DNA of 64,000 bases from Acutalibacter sp. (GTDB taxonomy: Bacteria; Bacillota; Clostridia; Oscillospirales; Acutalibacteraceae), in NCBI GenBank assembly GCA_050946975.1, contig JBMNVU010000003.1, forward strand, positions 54,936 through 118,935, written 5' to 3'. Below, in pieces: positions 45,646 through 55,067 of this stretch. Each line of letters starts with the position of its first letter. Within the stretch, counting starts at the first letter, position 1. The notes beneath the pieces were generated by a model that was not told where the DNA came from, made no database searches, and saw only the letters and a list, made by a program, of their open reading frames with translations. A program made the translations under genes and the position numbers.

Positions 45646-48177
45646 TCAGGCTGTGACAATGCTGTCGGCTTTCTGAAGCTTCAAGTACTCCACTGCGTCC
45701 TCGCGCATCTTGTACTTCAAGATCTTTCCGGCGGCGTTCATGGGGAACTCCTTCACAAAGCTCACATATCGGGGCACCTTGTGCTTGGCCATGTGATCCC
45801 GGACATAGGCCTTGATCTCCTCCTCAGAAGAGGTCTCCCCTTCCTTCAGGATGACACAGGCCATGATCTCCTCGCCGTACTGCTCATCGGGCACGCCGAT
45901 CACCTGCACGTCACGAACCTTGGGATGGGTGTAGATGAAGTCCTCAATCTCCTTGGGGTAGATGTTCTCGCCGCCGCGGATGATCATGTCCTTGATCCGG
46001 CCAGTGATCTTGTAGTTGCCCTCCGGAGTCCGGCGGGCCAGGTCGCCAGTGTGCAGCCAGCCATCCTTGTCAATGGCCGCCGCAGTGGCCTCGGGCATCT
46101 TGTAGTAGCCCTTCATGATATTGTAACCCTTGGCGCAGAACTCGCCGTCCACATTGTCGGGAAGCTCCTCGCCGGTCTCGGGATCCACGATCTTGCAGTC
46201 CACGCCAAACATGGCGCCGCCCACGGTGTTCACCCGAACATCCAGGGAGTCGGTGGTCTTGGACATGGTGCACCCGGGAGATGCCTCGGTCTGGCCATAA
46301 GTAATGCAGATCTCGGACATGTGCATCTTATCCACCACGTCCTGCATCACCTTGACCGGGCAGGGAGACCCTGCCATGATGCCGGTGCGCATATGGGAGA
46401 AGTCGGTCTTGGGGAAGTTCTCATGCTCCAGCATGGCAATAAACATGGTGGGCACACCGTGGAATGCGGTGATCTGCTCCTGGTTGATGCAGTGCAGACC
46501 CTTCCGGGGAGAGAATGCGGTGATGGGATACATGGAGGTACCGTGGGTCATGGAGGCTGTCATGGCCAGCACCATGCCGAAGCAGTGGAACATAGGCACC
46601 TGGATCATCATGCGGTCTGCCGTGGACAGATCCATGCAGTCGCCGATGGCCTTGCCGTTGTTCACCACATTGTAATGGGTCAGCATAACGCCCTTGGGGA
46701 AGCCGGTGGTGCCGGAGGTGTACTGCATGTTGCACACGTCGTCCTTGTGGACCTGACGGCGGCGGTTCTCCACCTCGGTGGGAGGTACGGAATCGCCCAG
46801 ACCCATGGCATGCTCCCAAGTGTAGCAGCCCTTCTGCCGGCTGTCCACGGTGATGACGTTGCGCAGCACGGGCAGACGCTTGGAGTGCAGTTTGCCGGGC
46901 AGGCTGTCCTCCAGCTCCGGGCACAGTTCCTTGATGATGCCCACATAATCGGAATCCTTGAAGCCGTCGATCATCACCAACGTGTGGGTATCCGACTGGC
47001 GCAGCAGGTACTCCGCCTCGTGGATTTTATACGCGGTGTTCACGGTCACCAGCACAGCACCGATCTTGGTGGTGGCCCAGAAAGTGATGTACCACTGGGG
47101 CACGTTGGTGGCCCAAATGGCCACGTGGTCCCCCTTCTTCACACCCATGGCGATCAAGGCACGGGCAAACTGGTCCACGTCGTCCCGGAATTCGGAATAG
47201 GTGCGGGTGTAGTCCAGCTCGGTGTATTTGAAGCAGATCTGGTCCGGGAACTCCTTGACCATGCGGTCCAGCACGTCCGGGAAGGTGGCGTCGATCAGCG
47301 TCTCCTTGGGCCAGACATACTTGCCGGTATGAGCATTGTTATCCTGCAGCTCGCCTTCCTTCATGGACAGAGAGGCGAAGTAATCGTTCATATAGTTGGC
47401 AAACTGGGGGAACACCACGCCGGCGTCGGACAGCTCCTGTGCCCAACGCTTCACCCATTCCAGGGAGATGTATCCGTCGTAGTCAATGTCCACCAGGGCA
47501 TCCAGCATCTCGTGAATCGGCAGGTCGCCCTCGCCCATCATGCGGTACTGGACTTTGTCCCCTTCCATCACGCTGTCCTTCACGTGGACATACTTGATCA
47601 GCTTGCCAAGGTTGGCTACGGTCTCTCGGGGGGATTCACCGCCATACCGGTAGGGATGGTGCATATCCCACAGGGCTGCCACAGAGGGCAGGTTCACTTT
47701 GTCAATCAAGGCCCGCAGACGCTTGGTGTTGGAGTAGACACCGTTGGTCTCCACCAACAGGCACACTCCAAAGCCCTGGGCAATGGTGCCCAGAAGCTTC
47801 AAGGCTTCTGCAACAAAATCATCGTCCACCTCGCCCTCGGGACGGGGATACCGGTCGCCCAGCACCCGAATGAAGGGAGTGCCCAGCTTCTTTGCCAGGA
47901 CGATGTACTGGGTGATCTCGGAGATGTTCTTGTCAAAGTCCTCTTTGTATTTCAGGCCGCAGCCAGCCGCTAGACAGGGGATCTCCAGCCCTAGGGAATG
48001 CAGCTTATCCAGAGTTTGGGGCAGCCGCTCATCCGAGAAGGGGCGGGCGTTCACGGCAAAGATTTCGTCTCCCAGGCCGCGGATTTCAATACCGCCAAAG
48101 CCCAAGTCTTTTGCCATGGTATAGATGTCAGTCCAGGAAAAGTCCGGGCAAGCCAGGGTGGAAAAACTGATTTTCAT
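45646..48177 (-). CDS. fusion protein: xylose-isomerase-like TIM barrel (AP_endonuc_2 / sugar phosphate isomerase-epimerase) + AMP-forming acyl-CoA ligase
   Basis: 843 aa from ATG at 48177 (GAGGTGG RBS). Residues about 1-265 are TIM-barrel-like, with LVETNG, YVHVKD and YISLEW metal-ligand contexts. Residues about 291-843 form an adenylate-forming enzyme (MQYTSGTTGFPKGVMLTH, GEL..RGYNIMKGYY, TGDL, GKILK). It is a single uninterrupted frame. Confidence 0.85.
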   Translation of the reverse strand: MKISFSTLACPDFSWTDIYTMAKDLGFGGIEIRGLGDEIFAVNARPFSDERLPQTLDKLHSLGLEIPCLAAGCGLKYKEDFDKNISEITQYIVLAKKLGTPFIRVLGDRYPRPEGEVDDDFVAEALKLLGTIAQGFGVCLLVETNGVYSNTKRLRALIDKVNLPSVAALWDMHHPYRYGGESPRETVANLGKLIKYVHVKDSVMEGDKVQYRMMGEGDLPIHEMLDALVDIDYDGYISLEWVKRWAQELSDAGVVFPQFANYMNDYFASLSMKEGELQDNNAHTGKYVWPKETLIDATFPDVLDRMVKEFPDQICFKYTELDYTRTYSEFRDDVDQFARALIAMGVKKGDHVAIWATNVPQWYITFWATTKIGAVLVTVNTAYKIHEAEYLLRQSDTHTLVMIDGFKDSDYVGIIKELCPELEDSLPGKLHSKRLPVLRNVITVDSRQKGCYTWEHAMGLGDSVPPTEVENRRRQVHKDDVCNMQYTSGTTGFPKGVMLTHYNVVNNGKAIGDCMDLSTADRMMIQVPMFHCFGMVLAMTASMTHGTSMYPITAFSPRKGLHCINQEQITAFHGVPTMFIAMLEHENFPKTDFSHMRTGIMAGSPCPVKVMQDVVDKMHMSEICITYGQTEASPGCTMSKTTDSLDVRVNTVGGAMFGVDCKIVDPETGEELPDNVDGEFCAKGYNIMKGYYKMPEATAAAIDKDGWLHTGDLARRTPEGNYKITGRIKDMIIRGGENIYPKEIEDFIYTHPKVRDVQVIGVPDEQYGEEIMACVILKEGETSSEEEIKAYVRDHMAKHKVPRYVSFVKEFPMNAAGKILKYKMREDAVEYLKLQKADSIVTA

Positions 48178-48215
48178 GGAGATTACCACCTCATCTTTTT
48201 AGTGTATACTTGTCT

Positions 48216-48245
48216 ATTATAGTACAAACCCCTCGCCATGGGCAA
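48216..48245 (-). promoter_or_regulatory. sigma-70-like promoter of the TIM-barrel/ligase fusion gene
   Basis: Minus strand: TTGCCC - 18 nt - TATAAT (perfect -10). Overlaps the purD terminator hairpin. Confidence 0.5.
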
Positions 48246-48254
48246 GGGGTTTTA
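48224..48254 (-). terminator. hairpin after purD (probable terminator, short U-tract)
   Basis: Minus strand: AACCCCTTGCC-cat-GGCGAGGGGTT followed by TGTAC. Confidence 0.4.
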
Positions 48255-48296
48255 GCAATTTTTCGATTTAATTCAATAAAATTTTAAAGTGATACC

Positions 48297-49568
48297 TCAC
48301 TGACGATGGGTACGGCCAATATCCTTGCGGTACATGGCACCCTCAAAGGTGATCTTCTCCACTCCGGCATAAGCCCGGTCCAACGCCTCATCCAGGGTGT
48401 CTCCCAGGGCTGTGACGCCCAGGACACGGCCTCCGTTGGTGAGGAACTTTCCGTCCTCGTACTTGGTTCCGGCATGGTACACGGTGACGCCTTCTGCCTG
48501 ACCGTCCTCCTTCAGGCCGTGGATCTCCAGGCCCTTGGGATAGCTGCCTGGATACCCGCCGCTGGCGATGACCACGCAGGCGCTGGCCTGCTCCGACCAC
48601 TGGATGGTCAATTCACCCAGGCGCTCCTGGGCCACAGCCATGACGATCTCCGCGAAGTCAGTCTTCAGGCGAGGCAGCACCACCTGGGTCTCAGGATCGC
48701 CGAAACGGGAGTTGTACTCAATGACCTTGGGACCGTCCGGAGTGAGCATCAAGCCAAAGTACAGGCATCCCTTAAAGGGACGGCCCTCTGCATTCATGGC
48801 GGCCACGGTGGGCTGGAAAATCTTTTCCATGCACTCCTTGGCCACCTCGTCGGTGTAGAAGGGATTGGGGCTGATGGTGCCCATGCCTCCGGTGTTGGGG
48901 CCCTTGTCCCCGTCATACGCCCGCTTGTAGTCCATGGAGGATACCATGGGGCACAGGGTCTTGCCATCGGTAAAGGCCAGCACAGAAACCTCGGGGCCGG
49001 TGAGGAACTCCTCCACCACAACCTGGGCGCCGCTCTCGCCGAAGATCTTATCCTCCATAATGGAGTGGAGCGCTGCCTTGGCCTCCTCCTCGTTCTGGGC
49101 GATGACCACTCCCTTGCCCAGGGCCAGGCCGTCCGCCTTGACCACGGCAGGGTATTTACCCTGAGCCTTGATGTACTCCAGTGCCTGAGCCGGGTCGGAG
49201 AACACCTCGTACCCTGCGGTGGGAATGCCGTATTTCTTCATCAGGTTCTTGGAGAACACCTTACTGGCCTCAATCTCAGCTGCTGCGGCATTGGGGCCAA
49301 AACAGGGGATCCCTGCCGCCTCAATGGAATCCACCATGCCTGCGGCCAGGGGATCATCCGGGGCCACGAACACCAGGTCCACAGCTTTCTCCTTAGCCAG
49401 GGCCAGCATGCCCTCCTTGTCCATGGCGTTTACCGGAAAGCACTCCGCATCCCGGCTGATGCCCCCGTTGCCCGGGGCGCAGTACACCGCCTCCACCTGG
49501 GGGCTCTCTTTCAGCTTGCGGACAATGGCATGCTCCCGGCCGCCACTGCCCACTACAAGAATTTTCAT
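48297..49568 (-). CDS. purD: phosphoribosylamine--glycine ligase
   Basis: 423 aa from ATG at 49568: MKILVVGSGGREHAI. ATP-grasp throughout. Confidence 0.92.
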   Translation of the reverse strand: MKILVVGSGGREHAIVRKLKESPQVEAVYCAPGNGGISRDAECFPVNAMDKEGMLALAKEKAVDLVFVAPDDPLAAGMVDSIEAAGIPCFGPNAAAAEIEASKVFSKNLMKKYGIPTAGYEVFSDPAQALEYIKAQGKYPAVVKADGLALGKGVVIAQNEEEAKAALHSIMEDKIFGESGAQVVVEEFLTGPEVSVLAFTDGKTLCPMVSSMDYKRAYDGDKGPNTGGMGTISPNPFYTDEVAKECMEKIFQPTVAAMNAEGRPFKGCLYFGLMLTPDGPKVIEYNSRFGDPETQVVLPRLKTDFAEIVMAVAQERLGELTIQWSEQASACVVIASGGYPGSYPKGLEIHGLKEDGQAEGVTVYHAGTKYEDGKFLTNGGRVLGVTALGDTLDEALDRAYAGVEKITFEGAMYRKDIGRTHRQ

Positions 49569-49621
49569 GGTACCTTTCCTCTCTTCCTGTATACTCACCA
49601 ATTCCGCTTTTTACAGCCGCT

Positions 49622-50077
49622 TTACAGCAGCCGCCAAACATCCGTCAACGAACGGCAGGTAAAGTCCGTCTCCATCCCCTTTGTGTGAACTTGGATGGTG
49701 TGCCAGCCTGCAGCCTTGGCCCCTGCCAGCTCCTGGGGAACTCCGCTGACCAGCCAAATCTTTTGAGGGAAATGGGCGGCAAGCTCTGCCCGGCGGTACA
49801 CTCCTTCCCCCGAGGAACCCGCCAGCTCCACTCTGCCGGAAACCACCCGGTCCAAAAAGAAGCTGTCCAAGTACAGCTTCGGCAGCAGCTCTGTCAAATA
49901 GGGGAACCCCTCTGCCAACAGGTAATTGCGATATCCCTTATAGGCGCAAAGGGCCAAAGTCGCCGCCGCATCCGGGTAGACGCGGTACTGCCGGGGATCC
50001 AGGGCATCCCTCCCGGCGGCCTGGGGTACAGGCTCCGCCAGGGTTCCCAGGAACCCCCAGAAGATCGCTTTTCTCAA
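49622..50077 (-). CDS. HAD-fold protein with degenerate catalytic motifs (probable pseudo-phosphatase)
   Basis: 151 aa. HAD-like layout, but motif I reads IFWGFLGTL instead of hhDxDGTL. Motif II position is LLAEG and motif IV position is LVSG instead of GD/DD. Confidence 0.55.
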   Translation of the reverse strand: MRKAIFWGFLGTLAEPVPQAAGRDALDPRQYRVYPDAAATLALCAYKGYRNYLLAEGFPYLTELLPKLYLDSFFLDRVVSGRVELAGSSGEGVYRRAELAAHFPQKIWLVSGVPQELAGAKAAGWHTIQVHTKGMETDFTCRSLTDVWRLL

Positions 50078-50125
50078 TTTGCCCCTCCCCCTTCTGGAAA
50101 GCCTCCGCAGAAGCTTTCCCGCGGA

Positions 50126-51316
50126 TCAATGGTGGAACAGCCGGATGCCTGTGAAGGCCATGGCGATTCCGTACTTGTCGCAGGTCTCGATCACGTTGTC
50201 ATCCCGAATGGAACCGCCAGGCTGGGCGATGAACTCCACACCGCTCTTGTGTGCCCGCTCAATATTGTCTCCAAAGGGGAAGAAAGCATCGCTGCCCAGG
50301 GCCACACCGGTCATGCCGTCCAGCCAAGCGCGGCGCTCTTCCCGGGTGAACACCTCGGGCTTCTCAGTGAAGAACTGCTCCCAAGCGCCGTCGGCCAGGA
50401 CATCCATGCACTCGTCGCCAATGTAAACGTCGATGGTGTTGTCACGGTCAGCCCGGCGGATACCCGGCTTAAAGGGCAGGTTCAAAACCTTGGGGCACTG
50501 ACGCAGATACCAGTTGTCCGCCTTGTTGCCAGCCAAACGGGTGCAATGGACACGGCTCTGCTGGCCGGCGCCCACGCCAATGGCCTGGCCGTTCTTCACG
50601 TAGCACACGGAGTTGGACTGGGTGTACTTCAGGGTGATCAGGGAGACGATCAGGTCCCGCTTGGCCTCTTCGGTGAGGGTCTTGTTCTGGGTGGGCAGAT
50701 TCTCCAGCAGGCTGCCGTCGATCTTCAGCTCGTTGCGGCCCTGCTCAAAGGTGACGCCGAACACATCCTTATGCTCCACCGGGGCGGGCTTGTAATTGGG
50801 GTCGATCTGCACCACGTTGTAGCCGCCCTTGCGCTTCTGCTTCAGGATCTCCAAAGCCTCGTCGGTATAGCCGGGGGCAATGACGCCGTCGGACACCTCA
50901 CGCTTCAGCAGCAGTGCGGTCTCCTTGTCGCACACGTCGGACAATGCCGCCCAATCGCCATAGGAGGACATCCGGTCCGCACCCCGGGCAGCAGCATAAG
51001 CGCTGGCCAAGGGAGTGAGCTCCAGGTCATCCACAAAGTAGATCTTCTTCAGGGTGTCGGAGAGGGGCACGTACACAGCGGCGCCTGCGGGGCTGACATG
51101 CTTAAAGGAAGCGGCTGCGGGCAGGCCGGTGGCCTCCTTCAGCTCCTTGACCAGCTGCCAGCTGTTCAGGGCATCCAGGAAGTTGATGTACCCGGGCTTG
51201 CCGTTCAAGACGGTAACCGGCAGCTCTCCCCCGTCCTGCATGAAGATCCGGGAGGGCTTCTGGTTGGGGTTGCAGCCATACTTCAAGGCCAATTCGTTTG
51301 CCATAACTTGTTCCAT
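50126..51316 (-). CDS. purH: AICAR formyltransferase (PurH transformylase domain only)
   Basis: 396 aa: LKYGCNPNQ...SFKHVSPAGAA...QPGGSIRDD...GIRLFHH. There is no MGS-like IMP cyclohydrolase domain. The start could be ATG at 51316 or 51304. Confidence 0.88.
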   Translation of the reverse strand: MEQVMANELALKYGCNPNQKPSRIFMQDGGELPVTVLNGKPGYINFLDALNSWQLVKELKEATGLPAAASFKHVSPAGAAVYVPLSDTLKKIYFVDDLELTPLASAYAAARGADRMSSYGDWAALSDVCDKETALLLKREVSDGVIAPGYTDEALEILKQKRKGGYNVVQIDPNYKPAPVEHKDVFGVTFEQGRNELKIDGSLLENLPTQNKTLTEEAKRDLIVSLITLKYTQSNSVCYVKNGQAIGVGAGQQSRVHCTRLAGNKADNWYLRQCPKVLNLPFKPGIRRADRDNTIDVYIGDECMDVLADGAWEQFFTEKPEVFTREERRAWLDGMTGVALGSDAFFPFGDNIERAHKSGVEFIAQPGGSIRDDNVIETCDKYGIAMAFTGIRLFHH

Positions 51317-51328
51317 CCTTTCCCCAAA

Positions 51329-52039
51329 TTACTGATTCTTATTGACGATGCGTGTGTCGGTCTCCCCAGTGGCCAAATCGATGGTGCGCACAAACAGGGA
51401 CACCTTGTTGTCCTGGTTCAGGTTCTCCCAAAGGGCAGCGGTAAACTGGTCGATGTCACCCTCCAGCTCCACGGGAGTGGGCTCCCCTTCATAGGAGGGG
51501 ATGGGGCTGCCGTCGCACTTGTAGGTGTGAATAAAGTGGCCCAAGCCCGCCTTGGGGGCATACTCGAAGAAGAACCGCTGGGCCATCTCCGGGTCCCCGT
51601 CGGTGCTCTTCAAAATGGACAGCTTATAGGTGAATCTGCCCTCTCCCCGCTCCACAATACCGGAGATGCGGGGGGTGTAGTTGGGGCCGTCCGGCTCAAA
51701 GGTCCGGGTGCGCAGGGCCTCCTCAAAGGTCTTGCCCTCTTTCATGAAGTCGTAAATGGTGTCGGTCTGGTCGCCGTTGGTGACAATGGTGGCCTCCCCC
51801 AGCACACGCACAGGGGCGTAAATCACCAGAGAGGGATCGGACAGCTTGGCCGGATCAAAAGCCTGGGTCCGGATGCCTTCCCCCTCCTCCACAAACACGC
51901 GGTTGCGGCTGTTTTCGCTGCGGCCCATAATGAAGTAGGCAATGACAGCGCTCTTTCCATCGGCGCTCTGGCCGATGACAATTCCACGGCCGGGATAACT
52001 GTTCCCCGCCAGGTCCTGTTTGATATCCACTGGTTTCAA
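51329..52039 (-). CDS. IMP cyclohydrolase, PurO-type (non-PurH)
   Basis: About 236 aa from TTG at 52039 (GAGGAG 9 nt upstream): (M)KPVDIKQDLAGNSYPGRGIVIGQSADGKSAVIAYFIMGRSENSRNR. The longer ORF would overlap the purN stop. Confidence 0.75.
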   Translation of the reverse strand: MKPVDIKQDLAGNSYPGRGIVIGQSADGKSAVIAYFIMGRSENSRNRVFVEEGEGIRTQAFDPAKLSDPSLVIYAPVRVLGEATIVTNGDQTDTIYDFMKEGKTFEEALRTRTFEPDGPNYTPRISGIVERGEGRFTYKLSILKSTDGDPEMAQRFFFEYAPKAGLGHFIHTYKCDGSPIPSYEGEPTPVELEGDIDQFTAALWENLNQDNKVSLFVRTIDLATGETDTRIVNKNQ

Positions 52040-52064
52040 CGCTTTGCGCTCCTCTCTATTCCCG

Positions 52065-52691
52065 TTATTCTGCGATGTGCACAATGCCGTCCTGGACGGT
52101 CAGTTTCCCCTGGCAGAACAGGGACACCGCCTTGGGCAGCAGAATCCATTCTGCCTCTTCCATCACCCGCTTCTGCAGGACCTCAGGGGTGTCCCCCTCC
52201 TTCACGTCCACCGCCTTCTGCAGGATGATGGGACCGCCGTCACAGACCTCATTGACAAAGTGCACGGTGGCTCCGGTAACCTTCACACCCCGGGCCAGCA
52301 CCGCCTCATGGACGTGGAGCCCGTAATACCCCTTTCCTCCAAAAGAGGGCAGCAACGCCGGATGAACGTTGAGAATCCGATTGGGGAAGGCCTGGACAAA
52401 GTTGTCCCCGGTGATGGTGAGAAAGCCCGCCAGCACCACCAAGTCCACGCCCCGCTCCTTGAGGGCGTCAATGAGGGCCTGACTGTATGTATCCACGTCG
52501 GGGTAATCCTTCCGGCGCAGCGTGATGGCCTCGATACCGGCCTTTTTGGCCCGCTCCAGCGCAAAAGCATCCGGGCGGCTGGAGATGACCACCCGCAGCT
52601 GGCCGTTTACAATCTGGCCGGCCTGCTGGGCGTCGATGAGCTTTTGGAGATTGGTGCCCCCTCCGGACACCAGCACGCCAATGTTCAGCAC
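52065..52691 (-). CDS. purN: phosphoribosylglycinamide formyltransferase
   Basis: 208 aa: [14 protein letters not shown]...NVHPALLP... Confidence 0.92.
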   Translation of the reverse strand: MLNIGVLVSGGGTNLQKLIDAQQAGQIVNGQLRVVISSRPDAFALERAKKAGIEAITLRRKDYPDVDTYSQALIDALKERGVDLVVLAGFLTITGDNFVQAFPNRILNVHPALLPSFGGKGYYGLHVHEAVLARGVKVTGATVHFVNEVCDGGPIILQKAVDVKEGDTPEVLQKRVMEEAEWILLPKAVSLFCQGKLTVQDGIVHIAE

Positions 52692-53737
52692 AGCACAACC
52701 CCCTCGTCTCCGCTGACCACTTCGCCCAGAACAACAGCCTCTTCTCCGGCGGCGTTAAAGGCATCCATAGCGGCCTGAGCAGTCTCCTTGGAAACTGCCA
52801 CACACAGGCCAACACCCATGTTGAAGGTGTTGAACATATCCCGCTCCGGGATGTTGCCCGCGGCCTGGATCAGGTCAAAGATGGGCAGCGTGGGCACGGC
52901 GCTCTTTTCGATCTTGGCGGTCATGCCGTCCTTAAGCATCCGGGGGATATTCTCATAGAAGCCACCCCCGGTGATGTGGGACACAGCCTTGATGTCCGCT
53001 GCGGCGATAGCAGCCAACAGGGGCTTGACGTAAATGCGGGTAGGGGTCAGCAGCGTCTCTCCCAAGGTAGCGCTCAGATCGTCATAGCGCTCCGCCAGAA
53101 TGCGGCGGTCAGCCTCGTCGTCCGCGCCGATGCCGAAGACCTTCCGCACCAGGGAGAAGCCGTTGGAATGAACGCCGGAGGAGCGCACACCCAGCAGCAC
53201 GTCCCCAGCCTGGAGGCGGGAACCATCGATGATCTTTTTCTTGTCCACAATGCCCACGGTGAAGCCGGCCAAGTCGTAATCCTCGGCGGGCATCATGCCG
53301 GGGTGCTCCGCGGTCTCGCCGCCGATCAGAGCGCAGCCGGACTGGACGCAGCCCTCTGCCACGCCTGCCACGATCTGGGCGATCTTCTCCGGGAAGTTCT
53401 TCCCGCAGGCAATGTAGTCCAGGAAAAACAGGGGCTTTGCGCCGCAGCACACCACGTCGTTGACGCACATGGCCACTGCGTCGATGCCGATGGTATCATG
53501 CTTGTCCAGCAGCATGGCGATCTTCAGCTTGGTGCCTACACCGTCGGTGCCGGAGACCAGCACCGGCTCCTCCATGCCGGAAAGATCCGGCGCAAACAGG
53601 CCGCCAAACCCGCCGATCCCCGAAACTACCCCGGGGATCACCGTGCGTTTGACGTGCTCTTTCATCAGTTCAACGGACTCGTACCCCGCGGTGACGTCCA
53701 CGCCCGCGGCTTTGTAGCTGTCGCTGTAGCTTTTCAT
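52685..53737 (-). CDS. purM: phosphoribosylformylglycinamidine cyclo-ligase (AIR synthetase)
   Basis: 350 aa from ATG at 53737: [19 protein letters not shown]...GTDGVGTK. Overlaps the purN start by 7 nt. Confidence 0.92.
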   Translation of the reverse strand: MKSYSDSYKAAGVDVTAGYESVELMKEHVKRTVIPGVVSGIGGFGGLFAPDLSGMEEPVLVSGTDGVGTKLKIAMLLDKHDTIGIDAVAMCVNDVVCCGAKPLFFLDYIACGKNFPEKIAQIVAGVAEGCVQSGCALIGGETAEHPGMMPAEDYDLAGFTVGIVDKKKIIDGSRLQAGDVLLGVRSSGVHSNGFSLVRKVFGIGADDEADRRILAERYDDLSATLGETLLTPTRIYVKPLLAAIAAADIKAVSHITGGGFYENIPRMLKDGMTAKIEKSAVPTLPIFDLIQAAGNIPERDMFNTFNMGVGLCVAVSKETAQAAMDAFNAAGEEAVVLGEVVSGDEGVVLC

Positions 53738-53768
53738 CTGTGTTACCACTCCCAAACTAGTTTGTCTC

Positions 53769-54998
53769 TCAAATGGCCCAGCTGCCGTTTTCGAAGATCT
53801 TCACCGCTTTGCCGTCCTTGGCATAGCCGGTGATGGACAGCTCCTTGCAGCCGACCATAAAGTCCACATGAATGATGGAATCGTTGATGCCCCGGGCTTT
53901 CAGTTCCTCGCTGGACATCTCCCCAAACCCGGGGATCACCTCGTTGAAGCCCCGGCCAAGGGCCACATGACAGGCAGCGTTCTCATCGAACAAGGTGTTG
54001 TAGAACAGGATCCCCTCCTGATAGATGGGGGACTCCACGGGGACCAGGGCCAGCTCACCCAGCATGGCGGCGCCCTCGTCCATGGCGATCATCTTCTCCA
54101 GAAGCGCCTGGCCCTGCTCCGCTTTGCAGGACACAGCCCTGCCGTTTTCGAAGGTGACGGAGAAATGGTCAATCAAATTCCCCTGATAGGAAAGGGGCAT
54201 GGAGGACACCAGGGTCCCCTCGCACCGGCCCCGCAGCGGAGAAGTGTAGACCTCCTCCGTAGGCATGTTGGGGTTGTAGAAGGTGCCGTCAGGCAGCGTG
54301 TCGCCGCCGCCATGCCACTGAGCGCCAGGGATCAGCCAGCACTTGAAATCGGTGCCATTGGGTGCCTGGTAGTGGAGATAGTCCAGGTCCAGGGCATTGA
54401 GCTTCTCACACTGGGCCTCCAGCCGGGCGTTGTGCTCATCCCACTCCGCCATGGGATCGTTGTCTTCGGAGACACGCACGGTCTTGAGGATGGCCTCCCA
54501 CAGCTTCTCCACAGCAGTGCTGGTCCGCTCCCCGGGGAACACCTTCTTGGCCCACTTCTTGGAGGGCACCGCAATGATGGTCCACTGGTACTTGTTATCC
54601 ATGGCCTCCCGGAAAGGTTTGATCACCTTGGCCCGGGCGCCGTTGGCCTTCTGCATCTTCTCCACATTGACGCCCTTTAGACCGTCGGGATCCTCGGAGG
54701 AGATGTAAATCATGGCCGGCAGCAGATCCACATCCCGCTGCCAACGAGCCTTCTCCCACTCCTCCATCTGGGAGAGCTGGGTGACGGTCTCGTGACGGTA
54801 CTTCAGCTTGGAGATCACCTGGTCTCCCCAGCGCATCTCCACCCACTTGGCTCCCGCCCGGTAGGCCTCTTCTGCCACCAGTTCGGCAAACTCATACTGC
54901 TCCACCTGGGCGGTGATGACACAGCCCTGGCCCTTTTTCACGTTGACGCCCCGGCGCACGGCCAGCTGAGCGTATTTGCGCATGACGGATCTCTTCAT
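53769..54998 (-). CDS. M29-family aminopeptidase (AmpS/PepS-like)
   Basis: 409 aa from ATG at 54998: [24 protein letters not shown]...HVALGRGF...HVDFM. Confidence 0.82.
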   Translation of the reverse strand: MKRSVMRKYAQLAVRRGVNVKKGQGCVITAQVEQYEFAELVAEEAYRAGAKWVEMRWGDQVISKLKYRHETVTQLSQMEEWEKARWQRDVDLLPAMIYISSEDPDGLKGVNVEKMQKANGARAKVIKPFREAMDNKYQWTIIAVPSKKWAKKVFPGERTSTAVEKLWEAILKTVRVSEDNDPMAEWDEHNARLEAQCEKLNALDLDYLHYQAPNGTDFKCWLIPGAQWHGGGDTLPDGTFYNPNMPTEEVYTSPLRGRCEGTLVSSMPLSYQGNLIDHFSVTFENGRAVSCKAEQGQALLEKMIAMDEGAAMLGELALVPVESPIYQEGILFYNTLFDENAACHVALGRGFNEVIPGFGEMSSEELKARGINDSIIHVDFMVGCKELSITGYAKDGKAVKIFENGSWAI

Positions 54999-55067
54999 GG
55001 ACGTTCCCCTTTCCCGCCCCACAGAAAAGGGGCGAATCCAAACTTACGGCCTCATTGAACGGCTTCC

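Noticed and set aside
45583-47973. + strand ORF of 796 aa
   Set aside because: It is antisense to the TIM-barrel/acyl-CoA ligase fusion. The V/H/G/L-rich translation lacks motifs, whereas the minus strand has canonical AMP-binding motifs.
49685-52228. + strand ORF of 847 aa
   Set aside because: It spans four real minus-strand genes (the HAD-like gene, purH, IMP cyclohydrolase and purN) in antisense. It cannot be a single real protein.
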